Assembly: GCA_964388865.1 (NCBI GenBank)
Contig: CAYMDB010000002.1
Coordinates: 1-38,931 of the forward strand
Direction: 5' to 3'
DNA from: an uncultured Flavobacteriaceae bacterium
GTDB taxonomy: Bacteria > Bacteroidota > Bacteroidia > Flavobacteriales > Flavobacteriaceae
DNA length: 38,931 bases
Shown: positions 9,712 to 18,863 of the stretch, in pieces
How the letters are laid out: each line of letters starts with the position of its first letter
Numbering within the stretch: the first letter of the stretch is position 1
Position numbers and translations under genes: made by a program
Notes under the pieces: generated by a model
The model's input: only the letters and a program-made list of their open reading frames with translations
Databases searched by the model: none
Told to the model about the DNA's origin: nothing

Positions 9712-10062
9712 ATGAGTATAGGTAGCAATATTAAAAACAAAAGGACTGAAAAAAGCTTATCGCAAGAAATCTTAGCTGAGAAATTACATGTTTCACAAGC
9801 TACTCTAAGTAACATTGAGGCGGATAAATCCGTGCCAGATGTAATTCTTTTACAACAAATTGCTGAGATTTTAGATACCAATATCAATGAGCTTTTAGAT
9901 GGTAAAACTATTTTTGTAAACAATAATAACCAAAACGGTGGTGTTGGTTATGCCGAGGTTGTTAATCAATTATCTGAGAAATTAATTGCCCTGTATGAAA
10001 AGCAGCTTAAAGAGAAAGATGATCTCATAAAAGAATTAAAAATAAAATTAAAAGGTCGCTAA
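9712..10062 (+). CDS. XRE-family HTH transcriptional regulator
   Basis: IKNKRTEKSLSQEILAEKLHVSQATLSNIE HTH; C-terminal coiled coil. Confidence 0.93.
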   Translation: MSIGSNIKNKRTEKSLSQEILAEKLHVSQATLSNIEADKSVPDVILLQQIAEILDTNINELLDGKTIFVNNNNQNGGVGYAEVVNQLSEKLIALYEKQLKEKDDLIKELKIKLKGR

Positions 10063-10066
10063 AATA

Positions 10067-10086
10067 AGATTCCTGCTTTCGCAGGA
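10067..10086. repeat. REP-like hairpin between convergent XRE and dprA
   Basis: AGATTCCTGCTTTCGCAGGA, identical to the copy at 4574. Confidence 0.8.
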
Positions 10087-10088
10087 GT

Positions 10089-11192
10089 TTAGATCACCTC
10101 AAACAATTTCCCCGGCAAGGGCCTCACCACCCCTTTCAATTCCATATTAAGTAATATACCTGCAATTTTATAGGTCGGCATTTCACACTTTAGGGCAATA
10201 ACATCTAACAATTCCTTATTATTCTCTTTTAAAAAGTTATAGATGATTTTCTCGTCGGGTTCTAACTCAACAAACAATTGTTTTTGAACTGCGGGTTTTT
10301 TATCCGACTCTAATTGCCAGTTGAGCATGTAAGGCACATCCAATGGATCGGACAACAAATGTGCTTTCTGAAACTTAATCAAATTATTACAACCCACACT
10401 TTGGCTATCTGTAGTTCTTCCGGGTACAGCAAATACTTCACGATTATAAGAATTAGCAATATCTGCCGTTACTAAACTTCCGCCTTTTTCAGCAGATTCT
10501 ATAACGATAGTGGCTTCACTAAGCCCGGCAATAATTCGGTTTCGTTTTAAAAAATTGTTTCGGTCAAAACTATCTGTACTCCAAAAATCCGTAAAAAATC
10601 CGCCATGGTTTTCAATATCGGCCATGTACTTTTTATGCGTTTTGGGATAAATCTGGTTTAGGCCATGCGCCAAGCATCCTATGGTTTGCAGGTTGTGCTT
10701 TACAGCCGCTTTTTGTGCTGTGATATCCGTGCCGTAAGCAAAGCCTGATACAATTACTGGATTGTAAACTTTTAAGGTTTCCACTAATTTTTCACAAAAG
10801 GCAATACCGCTGGTTGTAATTTTTCGGGTTCCTACAATACTGATTATGTGTTGTTGTTTTAAATTAATGTTACCCGCTTGAAATAATACAATAGGACCAT
10901 CGATACAATGCTTTAGCCTTTCCGGATAGCTGTCATCGGTAAAGTAATGTACTACAATTTGGTTGTCTTTGATAAATTGTAATTCAGACTCAGCTTCTTC
11001 AAGGTGTGTTTTATCATAAAGCCCTTCAATAATAATACTACCAATACCATCGATTTTTAAAAGTTTAGATTTCCGCTCTTTTAAAACCGCTTCCGCAGAA
11101 CCACAATGCTGTATTAACTTTTTGGCTGTAGTCGATCCAATTTTAGGCACGTGTTGCAAGGCAAGTGCATAAATTAATTGTTGCTCTGTCAT
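10089..11192 (-). CDS. dprA: DNA-processing protein DprA
   Basis: SIVGTR, IVSGFAYGTD, FLKRNRIIAGLS, ESAEKGGSLVTA, VFAVPG. Confidence 0.97.
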   Translation of the reverse strand: MTEQQLIYALALQHVPKIGSTTAKKLIQHCGSAEAVLKERKSKLLKIDGIGSIIIEGLYDKTHLEEAESELQFIKDNQIVVHYFTDDSYPERLKHCIDGPIVLFQAGNINLKQQHIISIVGTRKITTSGIAFCEKLVETLKVYNPVIVSGFAYGTDITAQKAAVKHNLQTIGCLAHGLNQIYPKTHKKYMADIENHGGFFTDFWSTDSFDRNNFLKRNRIIAGLSEATIVIESAEKGGSLVTADIANSYNREVFAVPGRTTDSQSVGCNNLIKFQKAHLLSDPLDVPYMLNWQLESDKKPAVQKQLFVELEPDEKIIYNFLKENNKELLDVIALKCEMPTYKIAGILLNMELKGVVRPLPGKLFEVI

Positions 11193-11454
11193 TATTAGGT
11201 CTTTTTTTAATTGAAAGCAAATGTCAACTTGATTGCGTTCAAAAATTCAAAACGATTTCAATTTACTGAGTACTTCAAAGGATTAAAGTTCAATATTTTG
11301 AAAACACAAAATAAGCAATTTTACGCGTTAAATTAGCTTTCAAAATAAAAACTATTGATGTCTATGTTCAATCTCTTAAGGCTTAAACAGTCCGTATCTT
11401 AATAGTGTGTTGATAACTAAATTAGACTAAACTTCGTTCAGAATCAAAAATTTT

Positions 11455-11462
11455 TAACTTTG
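11455..11462 (+). promoter_or_regulatory. -7 promoter element (very short leader)
   Basis: TAACTTTG, 7 nt upstream of ATG 11470. Confidence 0.6.
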
Positions 11463-11469
11463 CTTCACC

Positions 11470-12408
11470 ATGCAGTTAGAAACCTACATTAGCGACTTAT
11501 TATACCGTTACGATTGCGTAACTATTTCTGGATTTGGTGCCTTTTTAACCAGCCGTGTTTCGGCAAAAGTGCACGAATCTACTCACACCTTTTATCCACC
11601 AAAAAAGGTCTTATCTTTTAATGAGCAGTTGCAAAATAACGATGGTTTATTAGCCAATTATATGGCTGAAATTGACAAAACACCTTATGCCTCAGCTACG
11701 GAAAAGATTTCAAATCAGGTAAAATTATTGAAATCGGCTTTAATTGAAGGAGAAAGCATTCAATTTGAACATATTGGTGAATTAAAGCTTAATTCCGATG
11801 GAAAGATTGTTTTTAATCCTTCTAGTCACATTAATTACTTAACAGATTCGTTTGGTTTATCTCACTTTTCATCTTCTCATATTTGTCGTGAAGTTTACAA
11901 AGCAACCGTTGAGACCATTGAGGAATCTACTCCTATTGCCTTTACGCCTGAAAAACGTGCCAACACTAATTGGTTAAAATATGCCGCAGCGGCTGTTATT
12001 TTTTTAGGGTTGAGCGGTTTTGCTGCGGCCAAGTACTACACAAATAGCATTGAAAATCACAATCAACTCGCACAAAAGCAAGCCAACGAGCAACTTGATG
12101 CCAAAGTGCAAGAAGCCACTTTTGTAATTAGTAATCCTCTACCTGCTGCCACCTTATCTTTAGAAAAGCAAACTGGCAATTATCATATTGTGGCAGGTGC
12201 TTTTAGAGTTGAAGCCAATTCAGATAAAAAAGTCAATCAGTTGAGAGCAAAAGGTTATAAAGCCAGAAAAATTGGTACTAACCGCTATGGCTTACATGAA
12301 GTGGTTTACGCTAGTTTTGAGACCAGAGCCGAAGCACAAAGCCAACTCTACAAAATCCGACGAGATCATAATAGAGATGCTTGGCTGTTAATTAAGAAAT
12401 TAGATTAG
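11470..12408 (+). CDS. SPOR-domain protein with N-terminal HU/CCDC81-like domains
   Basis: LLYRYDCVTISGFGAF, NDGLL, one TM, YHIVAGAFR..AWLL. Confidence 0.88.
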   Translation: MQLETYISDLLYRYDCVTISGFGAFLTSRVSAKVHESTHTFYPPKKVLSFNEQLQNNDGLLANYMAEIDKTPYASATEKISNQVKLLKSALIEGESIQFEHIGELKLNSDGKIVFNPSSHINYLTDSFGLSHFSSSHICREVYKATVETIEESTPIAFTPEKRANTNWLKYAAAAVIFLGLSGFAAAKYYTNSIENHNQLAQKQANEQLDAKVQEATFVISNPLPAATLSLEKQTGNYHIVAGAFRVEANSDKKVNQLRAKGYKARKIGTNRYGLHEVVYASFETRAEAQSQLYKIRRDHNRDAWLLIKKLD

Positions 12409-12468
12409 TAAAGTCTTTCTCTTTTATTTACCTAAAGCACCTTATCTTTGCACAAATACAAATAATTT

Positions 12469-12978
12469 ATGCAATCTAGAACTGCTTTTCAGTCAAAAAC
12501 TGTTGCTACTGATGTTGTTTTACCAAGCGAAACTAATCCAATAAACAACTTATTTGGTGGCGAACTATTAGCGCGTATGGATAGAGCTGCTAGTATTGCT
12601 GCCAGGCGCCATTCGCGGCGTATTGTGGTTACGGCTTCTGTAAATCACGTGGCTTTTAATAGATCTATACCTTTAGGAAGTGTGGTTACCATTGAGGCCA
12701 AAGTTTCTAGAGCGTTTACCTCTTCCATGGAAATATATATTGATGTTTGGACAGAAGATAGAGAGTCTGGCGAAAGTATTAAAGCCAATGAAGCTATTTA
12801 TACTTTTGTTGCTGTAGATGACACTGGAAGACCGATAAAAATTCCTGAACTCATCCCAGAAACGGCCTTGGAAATAGAGCGTTATGATGCTGCTCTTAGA
12901 CGTAAACAGTTGAGTTTGGTACTTGCTGGCAAAATGAAACCTAGTGAGGCTACTGAGCTTAAAGCGCTCTTTGAGTAG
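12469..12978 (+). CDS. Acyl-CoA thioesterase (hotdog fold, YciA-like)
   Basis: NPINNLFGGELLARMD, VVTAS, YTFVAVD. Promoter TATCTTTG at 12443-12450. Confidence 0.93.
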   Translation: MQSRTAFQSKTVATDVVLPSETNPINNLFGGELLARMDRAASIAARRHSRRIVVTASVNHVAFNRSIPLGSVVTIEAKVSRAFTSSMEIYIDVWTEDRESGESIKANEAIYTFVAVDDTGRPIKIPELIPETALEIERYDAALRRKQLSLVLAGKMKPSEATELKALFE

Positions 12979-13413
12979 ATTCTGAAACTCGTTTAGAATG
13001 ACAAAGCATGAAGAAATTTGTTCCAGTTAATTATGGAAAAACCCCAAATGATTGTCATGCTGAATTTAGTTCAGCATCTTGATAATATTTTAATCTAAGT
13101 ATTAATTTCATTAAACATCTAATCAATCAAAGGTTGAGATTCTGAAACTAGTTCAGAATGACAAATTAGTGTGGATTCATAAAAGGTTCAAAATTGTCCT
13201 AAGGCTCAATTGGTGTCATGCTGAATTTAGTTCAGCATCTTTAAAGTATTTTACTCGGTGCTTTATTTTCTTCAAACACTTAATCAATTTGAGGCTGAGA
13301 TTCTGAAACTAGTTTAGAATAACAAAGCGTGAAGCTATTTGTTGAAATTATTAATGGTTATAACCTTCGAGGATTGTCATGCTGCTCCGAGAAAACAGAA
13401 TAGTTCAGCATCT
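12977..13413. repeat. BIME-like array of six alternating 27-bp palindromes, period ~160 bp
   Basis: AGATTCTGAAACTAGTTCAGAATGACA-type at 12977, 13137, 13298; TGTCATGCTGAATTTAGTTCAGCATCT-type at 13053, 13214, 13375. Confidence 0.93.
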
Positions 13414-13459
13414 AATACTTCCTAGCCTTTTAATTTTGAATTACCCTAAGCTCTCTTTA

Positions 13460-14683
13460 CTAAAACTTAGCAAGCCACGGCTCAGGATTTTGAACTTGAT
13501 TATTCTTGTAGATTCTAAAACCTAATAAAGTTTCGCCTTTTATATTATTAGTAAACGCATTCCCAATCACCTGACCTGTTGATACCTTATCCCCTTTTTT
13601 TACCTTTACCTTTGAAAGGTTCATGTATACGCTAAAATACATACCATGTCTAACAAAAACTGCTGGGTTACCGTTTTTAATCACCAGAACCCTAGACACC
13701 TCGCCATCAAATACAGCTTTTACTTCTGAATCTTTCTCAGTTGCAATGTATATACTCTGGTAGTTTTGCGTAACACTATTGTCAATTAACGACCGTTGCT
13801 TTCCATACTTTCCTTTGATTACACCTCTGGCAACAGGCCAGCCTAATTTACCTTTGTTAGCTTCAAAATTTGCAGATAATCTTTTAGCTTCAGGTGTTTC
13901 AACGAACGTTCCTGCAGTAGATTTCCCTCCCGTTTCTTTATTTGAAGCGGCAATAGTTTCTCTAATGATGCGATTTATTTCCTTGTCTAAACGATCGGCT
14001 TCCTGCTTTTTCTGTTTGATTTGAGAAGCGAATCTGCTCATATCAGACTTAATAGAAGCCATTAGAACTTCACGCTCTTTGACCTCTTTTTCTAGTTCGC
14101 GTTTTGCTGCTCTGTTTTCTTCGACGAGTTTATTTTTGGCTTCTTTTTGCTTAGATAATTGAATGTTTAATTCTTGTAATTCTTTGGTTTTAGTTTTTAT
14201 GGCTTCACCTTGTTCTTTTTGATAATCGGCGTATTGCTGTATATATTGCAGTCTTTTATAGGCTTGCTTAAAGTTATCTGAAGACAGTAAAAACATCACC
14301 TTATTTTGTTCCGACTTACTTTTATAAGACTTCACAATCATAGCGGCATAATCGTCTTTTAATTCTTGAAGTTGCGTTCTTAGACTTGTAATTTCTTTTT
14401 GATTGGCGTTTATTTCTCTGGTGAGTAAATTGGCCTGCTCGTTGGTAATTCTGATTAAATTTTTTATAACATTAACTTTATAATTGAGGTCTTCAATAAG
14501 GGTAACTGCCGACTTTTCTTCTTTCTTTTTAGAGAAAAGCAAGGCATTTATTTGCTTCATTTCCTTAAGAACTTGTTGGCGCTGTTCTTCCAATTCTTTT
14601 TGCTTTTTACTTTGCGCCGAAACCGTAAGGCAAGACAGAACTCCGACTAAAACAAGTGTACTATAGAAATACTTTATCCTCAT
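13460..14683 (-). CDS. envC: Murein hydrolase activator EnvC family (coiled coil plus M23)
   Basis: Long coiled coil; NKGKLGWPV, VKAVFDGEV, VRHG..SVYMNL; degenerate Zn site. Confidence 0.9.
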   Translation of the reverse strand: MRIKYFYSTLVLVGVLSCLTVSAQSKKQKELEEQRQQVLKEMKQINALLFSKKKEEKSAVTLIEDLNYKVNVIKNLIRITNEQANLLTREINANQKEITSLRTQLQELKDDYAAMIVKSYKSKSEQNKVMFLLSSDNFKQAYKRLQYIQQYADYQKEQGEAIKTKTKELQELNIQLSKQKEAKNKLVEENRAAKRELEKEVKEREVLMASIKSDMSRFASQIKQKKQEADRLDKEINRIIRETIAASNKETGGKSTAGTFVETPEAKRLSANFEANKGKLGWPVARGVIKGKYGKQRSLIDNSVTQNYQSIYIATEKDSEVKAVFDGEVSRVLVIKNGNPAVFVRHGMYFSVYMNLSKVKVKKGDKVSTGQVIGNAFTNNIKGETLLGFRIYKNNQVQNPEPWLAKF

Positions 14684-15474
14684 TATTTTATAACAATTTC
14701 TTTATATCCTGAAGGAATATTAAACGGGAAACGCACATCTTCATTTAAGGTAATAGATTTAAATTCCATGGTAATAGTCACTTCATCTTTGTCTTCAACG
14801 GCAATAATTCTTATATTTTGTGGTAAGATTTGTTTGTTAATTTCTTGGTAAGATGAATAATCGACCTGAAGCATTCGTTTTTCAAATTTCTGATACATCT
14901 GCAAACTGTCCATTTTAAAATGAGATGGATTTATTAGATAAAACAACTCCAAAAGCACCTTCTGGTCTTTAGGTTGCAAAACATAGGAATTTCCGTTTAC
15001 TTCAACTTGATGTGGCTCCTCTTTTAAATCGTAAATAGCTTGACCTAGCAAGATATTTTGCACTTTCATAAAATCGAGATCTATACCAACAACATCACTT
15101 AATAATTTGTAATCCCCATCAAAATACTCATTGTCTATTTTATTGTAAAATCGAACTTTATCTGGAGTTATCATCATACGCGCCATTCCAATTGGGGCAC
15201 TTAACCATATCACTTTATCCTTTTCCATTCTAAAACTAAAGGTAGAACCTTGGTCTTTTCCGTCTTGAGACAGCTCAATTTTAACCCTTGCCTGCATCGT
15301 TTTAAAATCGGAATCGTTTTTTTGATGTTGTTTAATCACTTGCTTAGCAGACAACTTATCGCTTGCCTCACCAGAGTCTAAAACACTTTTGGTGGACTTA
15401 CAGCTAAAGGCAAGCAATATAAATACTGCACTTAAAGCGATTTTTAATTTTCTCAGGATTTGGGTTAATTTCAT
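14683..15474 (-). CDS. DUF4292 family lipoprotein
   Basis: Lipobox FSC; RMEKDKVIWLS; C-terminal FPFNIPSGY; usual position next to envC. Confidence 0.85.
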   Translation of the reverse strand: MKLTQILRKLKIALSAVFILLAFSCKSTKSVLDSGEASDKLSAKQVIKQHQKNDSDFKTMQARVKIELSQDGKDQGSTFSFRMEKDKVIWLSAPIGMARMMITPDKVRFYNKIDNEYFDGDYKLLSDVVGIDLDFMKVQNILLGQAIYDLKEEPHQVEVNGNSYVLQPKDQKVLLELFYLINPSHFKMDSLQMYQKFEKRMLQVDYSSYQEINKQILPQNIRIIAVEDKDEVTITMEFKSITLNEDVRFPFNIPSGYKEIVIK

Positions 15475-16836
15475 TTACTGTTGCACTTTAATTGCTTCTG
15501 CTTTTTTAGCAAACGTTTCAGATTTACTAATATTATTTAAGGCTTTGTAGGCTAAACTTAATTCAGAATAAAAATCGGCTTCCATCTGTGGGTTTTCAAT
15601 TAAAAAATCTAAGCCCATTTCTAAATTTTCTATAGCTTTTTTGTGTTGATTGAGATTATTGCTAGCCACGCCGATAACTAAATACAACATTGGCTGTGCC
15701 GGATATAACTCTAAAGCGCGTTCAGCATCTTTTACAACCGCTTTATAATCTTTAATATCTAATTGAAGTAATAGAACGTCTTTTATTAATTTGAAGTCCT
15801 TAGGATCTTGCTTTAGGGCTTCTTTAAAATTTGAAAGTGCTTTGACCTTATCACCTGCTTTTAGATAGTAGTGTCCTAAATTGCTATGGGTTTGGGCATC
15901 TTTGTTGTTATCTACTAAGACTGTGATATCAACTAAATCGGATTCGTACTCAGGATTTTTACCCACAAAACCTACAAAATCTTTGAGGACTTTTGCTTTG
16001 GCATCGGCATTGATTTCCGGACTGCTTAATGCAATTTTAATGGAACTCACAGCATCTTCTATTCTACCGTCTTGAAGGTAAAACTTATACAGCGCCAAAT
16101 GCACAAACTTTGAATCTGGTTTTACTTTTAATAAATTTTTAGCCGCCTTGTATGCGTTTTTATGATCGCCTGTTTGACTGTATCTGTAGATGAGTTTAAG
16201 ATGATTGTCTTCATTATTAGGATTGTTAGCAATACGCTGCTCTAAGTTTTCTATTCTATCATCTGCATTGCCTGTAATGCTATAAATATCGTTTCGCATG
16301 GCATCTCTAGATTCACTAAGACCTAAGTCGGCATCTAACTCATCTAAAAGCTCTAAGGCTTGCTTATATTTTTCCTCCCTTACGTAAAGTGCTGCCAAAT
16401 CTTCCTTATAATCTGGATGATATTTTACCAGTTGTTTAATGGTCTTTATGGCATTTTTAATATCCTCTTGCTGATAATAAACATCGTAAAGCTCATCTAA
16501 AAACCAAACATTGTCGGGTTGCATACTAATGGCTTTCTTTAAATTAGTTTCTGCCTCTCCGAAATTTTTAAGTTTGTTGTAGTTTTTTCCTAACTCGAAA
16601 TAAATAACAGGTAATTTGCTATTGAGATTTAAACATTTGTGAAGTGCTTCAACCGCTCTTTCATAATTTTCAATACCCTTTTGCTTTAAGGCTTCAAAAA
16701 AATACTCCTGAAATTCGTCTTCTACATTTCCTAAATCGTCATCTGGCCGTTTGTTGAAATCGACTTGAGCATAACTTGTCTGAGGAATAAGAGTCATTCC
16801 TAGGAAAAGAATTATTATGTAGATTTGTTGTTTCAT
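15475..16836 (-). CDS. Tetratricopeptide repeat protein
   Basis: Signal peptide and multiple TPR-like helices. Confidence 0.88.
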   Translation of the reverse strand: MKQQIYIIILFLGMTLIPQTSYAQVDFNKRPDDDLGNVEDEFQEYFFEALKQKGIENYERAVEALHKCLNLNSKLPVIYFELGKNYNKLKNFGEAETNLKKAISMQPDNVWFLDELYDVYYQQEDIKNAIKTIKQLVKYHPDYKEDLAALYVREEKYKQALELLDELDADLGLSESRDAMRNDIYSITGNADDRIENLEQRIANNPNNEDNHLKLIYRYSQTGDHKNAYKAAKNLLKVKPDSKFVHLALYKFYLQDGRIEDAVSSIKIALSSPEINADAKAKVLKDFVGFVGKNPEYESDLVDITVLVDNNKDAQTHSNLGHYYLKAGDKVKALSNFKEALKQDPKDFKLIKDVLLLQLDIKDYKAVVKDAERALELYPAQPMLYLVIGVASNNLNQHKKAIENLEMGLDFLIENPQMEADFYSELSLAYKALNNISKSETFAKKAEAIKVQQ

Positions 16837-16963
16837 ATGTATTTCCCTTTTAAAAAGGGCGGTTCAATCTAAAGGATGCTTCAATTAACTCTGAAGGATT
16901 TTGATAGGTTTAAAGGTTGTTCCAAATTAAAAAAATATCTAGAAAACTGAAAGGCCTATTCTT

Positions 16964-17043
16964 TGTCAATCTGAACTCGTTTCAGATTCTAAAATCAATA
17001 AAAAATAAATAATTGAGATTCTGAAATAAATTCAGAATGACAG
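16964..17043. repeat. Inverted REP doublet (GTCA..ATCT family)
   Basis: TGTCAATCTGAACTCGTTTCAGATTCT ... AGATTCTGAAATAAATTCAGAATGACA. Confidence 0.88.
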
Positions 17044-17071
17044 AACGTATCAATTTTTTATACCGTCGATA

Positions 17072-18091
17072 TTATTCTAAAACGGTATAATCACCAATAC
17101 TTATCTTGGTAAATTCGCCATCATACCTCACATGATTACCAATCATAGCTTCGTCTAAAGTAGCGTTTTTAATATGGGTCTGATTCTGAATTAAGCTATA
17201 TTTAACGCTTGCATTTTCAATGACACAATTGGTGCCAATAGATACATAGGGACCAACCGTTGCGTTTTTCAACACCGTACCTTTTCCGATGAAACAGGGC
17301 TCAATTATTTTTGAATTTTCTAAAACAACTGAAGAATCAATCAATTCCTCTTCCTTGTCGGCCGTTAAAAACCCTAACATTTTTGCATTCGTTTCTAGGG
17401 TTACAGCTTTGTTTCCACAGTCCATCCACTCATCAACCGTACCCGTTTTAAAGATTCTTCCATCAGCCATCATGCGTTTTATACCGTCGTTAATTTGGTA
17501 TTCGCCACCATTCATGATGTTCTCATCTAGGACTTCTTGCAGTTTTTCCTTTAAAACAGCCACATCTTTAAAATAATAAATACCTATTACAGCTTGGTCA
17601 CTAACGAAGGTTTCTGGTTTTTCAACAAGTTCTACAATATTTTGTTCTTCATTTAACTTTACCACACCATAAGCTTCCGGATTTGAAACGTGCTTGGTCC
17701 AAATGACACTATCGGCAGTTGGGTCTAAATCAAATTCTGCTCTAATTAATGTATCGGCATAAGCTATTACAGCCGGACCCGATAAGGACGGTTTTGCGCT
17801 CATTATGGCGTGACCCGTTCCTAAGGGTTGATCTTGTCTGTAGATAGATGCTTTTGCGCCTAAACCTTCCGCGAGTTGGGTTAAACTTTCAACCACATCC
17901 TCGCCAAAAAAAGCAGGATCACCCAAAACAAAAGCAATCTCTTCAATAGGTTGCTTTAAAACTTTTGCGATGTCCTTGACTAGGCGATGCACTATCGGTT
18001 GACCTGCAACTGGGATTAGGGGTTTTGGTACGGTTAAACTGTGTGGTCTAAGGCGAGATCCTCTGCCTGCCATTGGTACTATTATTTTCAT
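17072..18091 (-). CDS. Sugar-phosphate nucleotidyltransferase (glucose-1-P thymidylyltransferase-like, with LbH tail)
   Basis: PMAGRGSRLRP..PKPL, QPLGTGHA, LVEKP. Confidence 0.92.
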   Translation of the reverse strand: MKIIVPMAGRGSRLRPHSLTVPKPLIPVAGQPIVHRLVKDIAKVLKQPIEEIAFVLGDPAFFGEDVVESLTQLAEGLGAKASIYRQDQPLGTGHAIMSAKPSLSGPAVIAYADTLIRAEFDLDPTADSVIWTKHVSNPEAYGVVKLNEEQNIVELVEKPETFVSDQAVIGIYYFKDVAVLKEKLQEVLDENIMNGGEYQINDGIKRMMADGRIFKTGTVDEWMDCGNKAVTLETNAKMLGFLTADKEEELIDSSVVLENSKIIEPCFIGKGTVLKNATVGPYVSIGTNCVIENASVKYSLIQNQTHIKNATLDEAMIGNHVRYDGEFTKISIGDYTVLE

Positions 18092-18095
18092 ATCA

Positions 18096-18157
18096 CATGC
18101 CTGCGAAAGCAGGTATCTTTTTATGGTTAAACTTCATTCCTGCGAACGCAGAAATCT
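18096..18157. repeat. Two tandem REP-like hairpins
   Basis: CATGCCTGCGAAAGCAGGTATCT (18096-18118) and TCATTCCTGCGAACGCAGAAATCT (18134-18157). Confidence 0.85.
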
Positions 18158-18160
18158 CTT

Positions 18161-18393
18161 TTATTGTCTCAATTTATTATCGTTTAGATTCCGATTCATC
18201 CTTAAATCGGACCGATTTGGATTTATAGCTCAAATTAATTCTATTTTCCAAAATCTTTCACACTTTATAAATTGTCGTTCTCGCTTTTCAGCTTAACTCC
18301 AGGTTTCACATTCTTCAATAGAATCGGTTAACTCAATATAAAACACCATTATTCTTATTACTCATTATGTAAAAATACCAATGGTTTATGCAC
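18161..18393 (-). pseudogene. Decayed small GIY-YIG nuclease (UPF0213/YhbQ-like)
   Basis: Hand translation: WYFYIMSNKNNGVLY / frameshift / TDSIEE / internal deletion / CETWS*AEKRERQFIKCERFWKIELI*AINPNRSDL. This fits the pattern YVYIMxN..gvLYIGVT...AxxRExQxKxWxRxWKxxLI..NPxWxDL. Confidence 0.85.
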
Positions 18394-18403
18394 TTTAATT
18401 ATG

Positions 18404-18426
18404 AGATTCCTGCCTACGCAGGAATG
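18404..18426. repeat. REP-like hairpin, inverted relative to the 18134 copy
   Basis: AGATTCCTGCCTACGCAGGAATG. Confidence 0.85.
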
Positions 18427-18428
18427 GG

Positions 18429-18863
18429 TCACTTCACCCCAGTACTCCCAAAACCACCGTCTCCTCTTTCGGTTTCTGAGAGTTCCTCGGACAGTTCCCA
18501 TTCGGCACGCTCGTGTTTTGCTATGACTAGTTGAGCAATTCGCTCGCCATTCTGGATTTCAAAACTTTCGTTTGAAAGGTTGACTAAAATAACCCCGATT
18601 TCACCTCTGTAATCGGCATCAATTGTACCAGGTGCATTTAATACAGTGATTCCTTTTTTCGCTGCTAAACCACTTCGCGGTCTTACTTGGGCTTCAAAAC
18701 CAATAGGTAATTCTATAAATAAGCCAGTCCCAACAATAGTGCGTTCTAAAGGTTTTAAAACTCTAGAATCTGTGAGGTTGGCGCGTAAATCCATACCCGC
18801 TGAAGCAATGGTTTCGTAGTGCGGTAAATCGTGCCTCGATTTGTTGATAATTTTAATTTTCAT
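18429..18863 (-). CDS. dut: dUTP diphosphatase
   Basis: [36 protein letters not shown]. Likely start is MKIKIINKS at 18863. Confidence 0.97.
   Translation of the reverse strand: MKIKIINKSRHDLPHYETIASAGMDLRANLTDSRVLKPLERTIVGTGLFIELPIGFEAQVRPRSGLAAKKGITVLNAPGTIDADYRGEIGVILVNLSNESFEIQNGERIAQLVIAKHERAEWELSEELSETERGDGGFGSTGVK

Noticed and set aside
5827-10088. Prophage, ICE or integrase island with attL/attR
   Set aside because: No integrase or transposase. The duplicated ends are diverged orthologous tails arranged differently from an att direct repeat.
12977-13413. CRISPR array
   Set aside because: Repeats alternate in orientation, spacers are partly homologous to one another, the same repeat is dispersed elsewhere as doublets, and there are no cas genes.
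16843-16905. CCCTTTTAAAAAGGG hairpin upstream of the TPR gene
   Set aside because: Possibly a remnant of another repeat family, but single and too degenerate to support.
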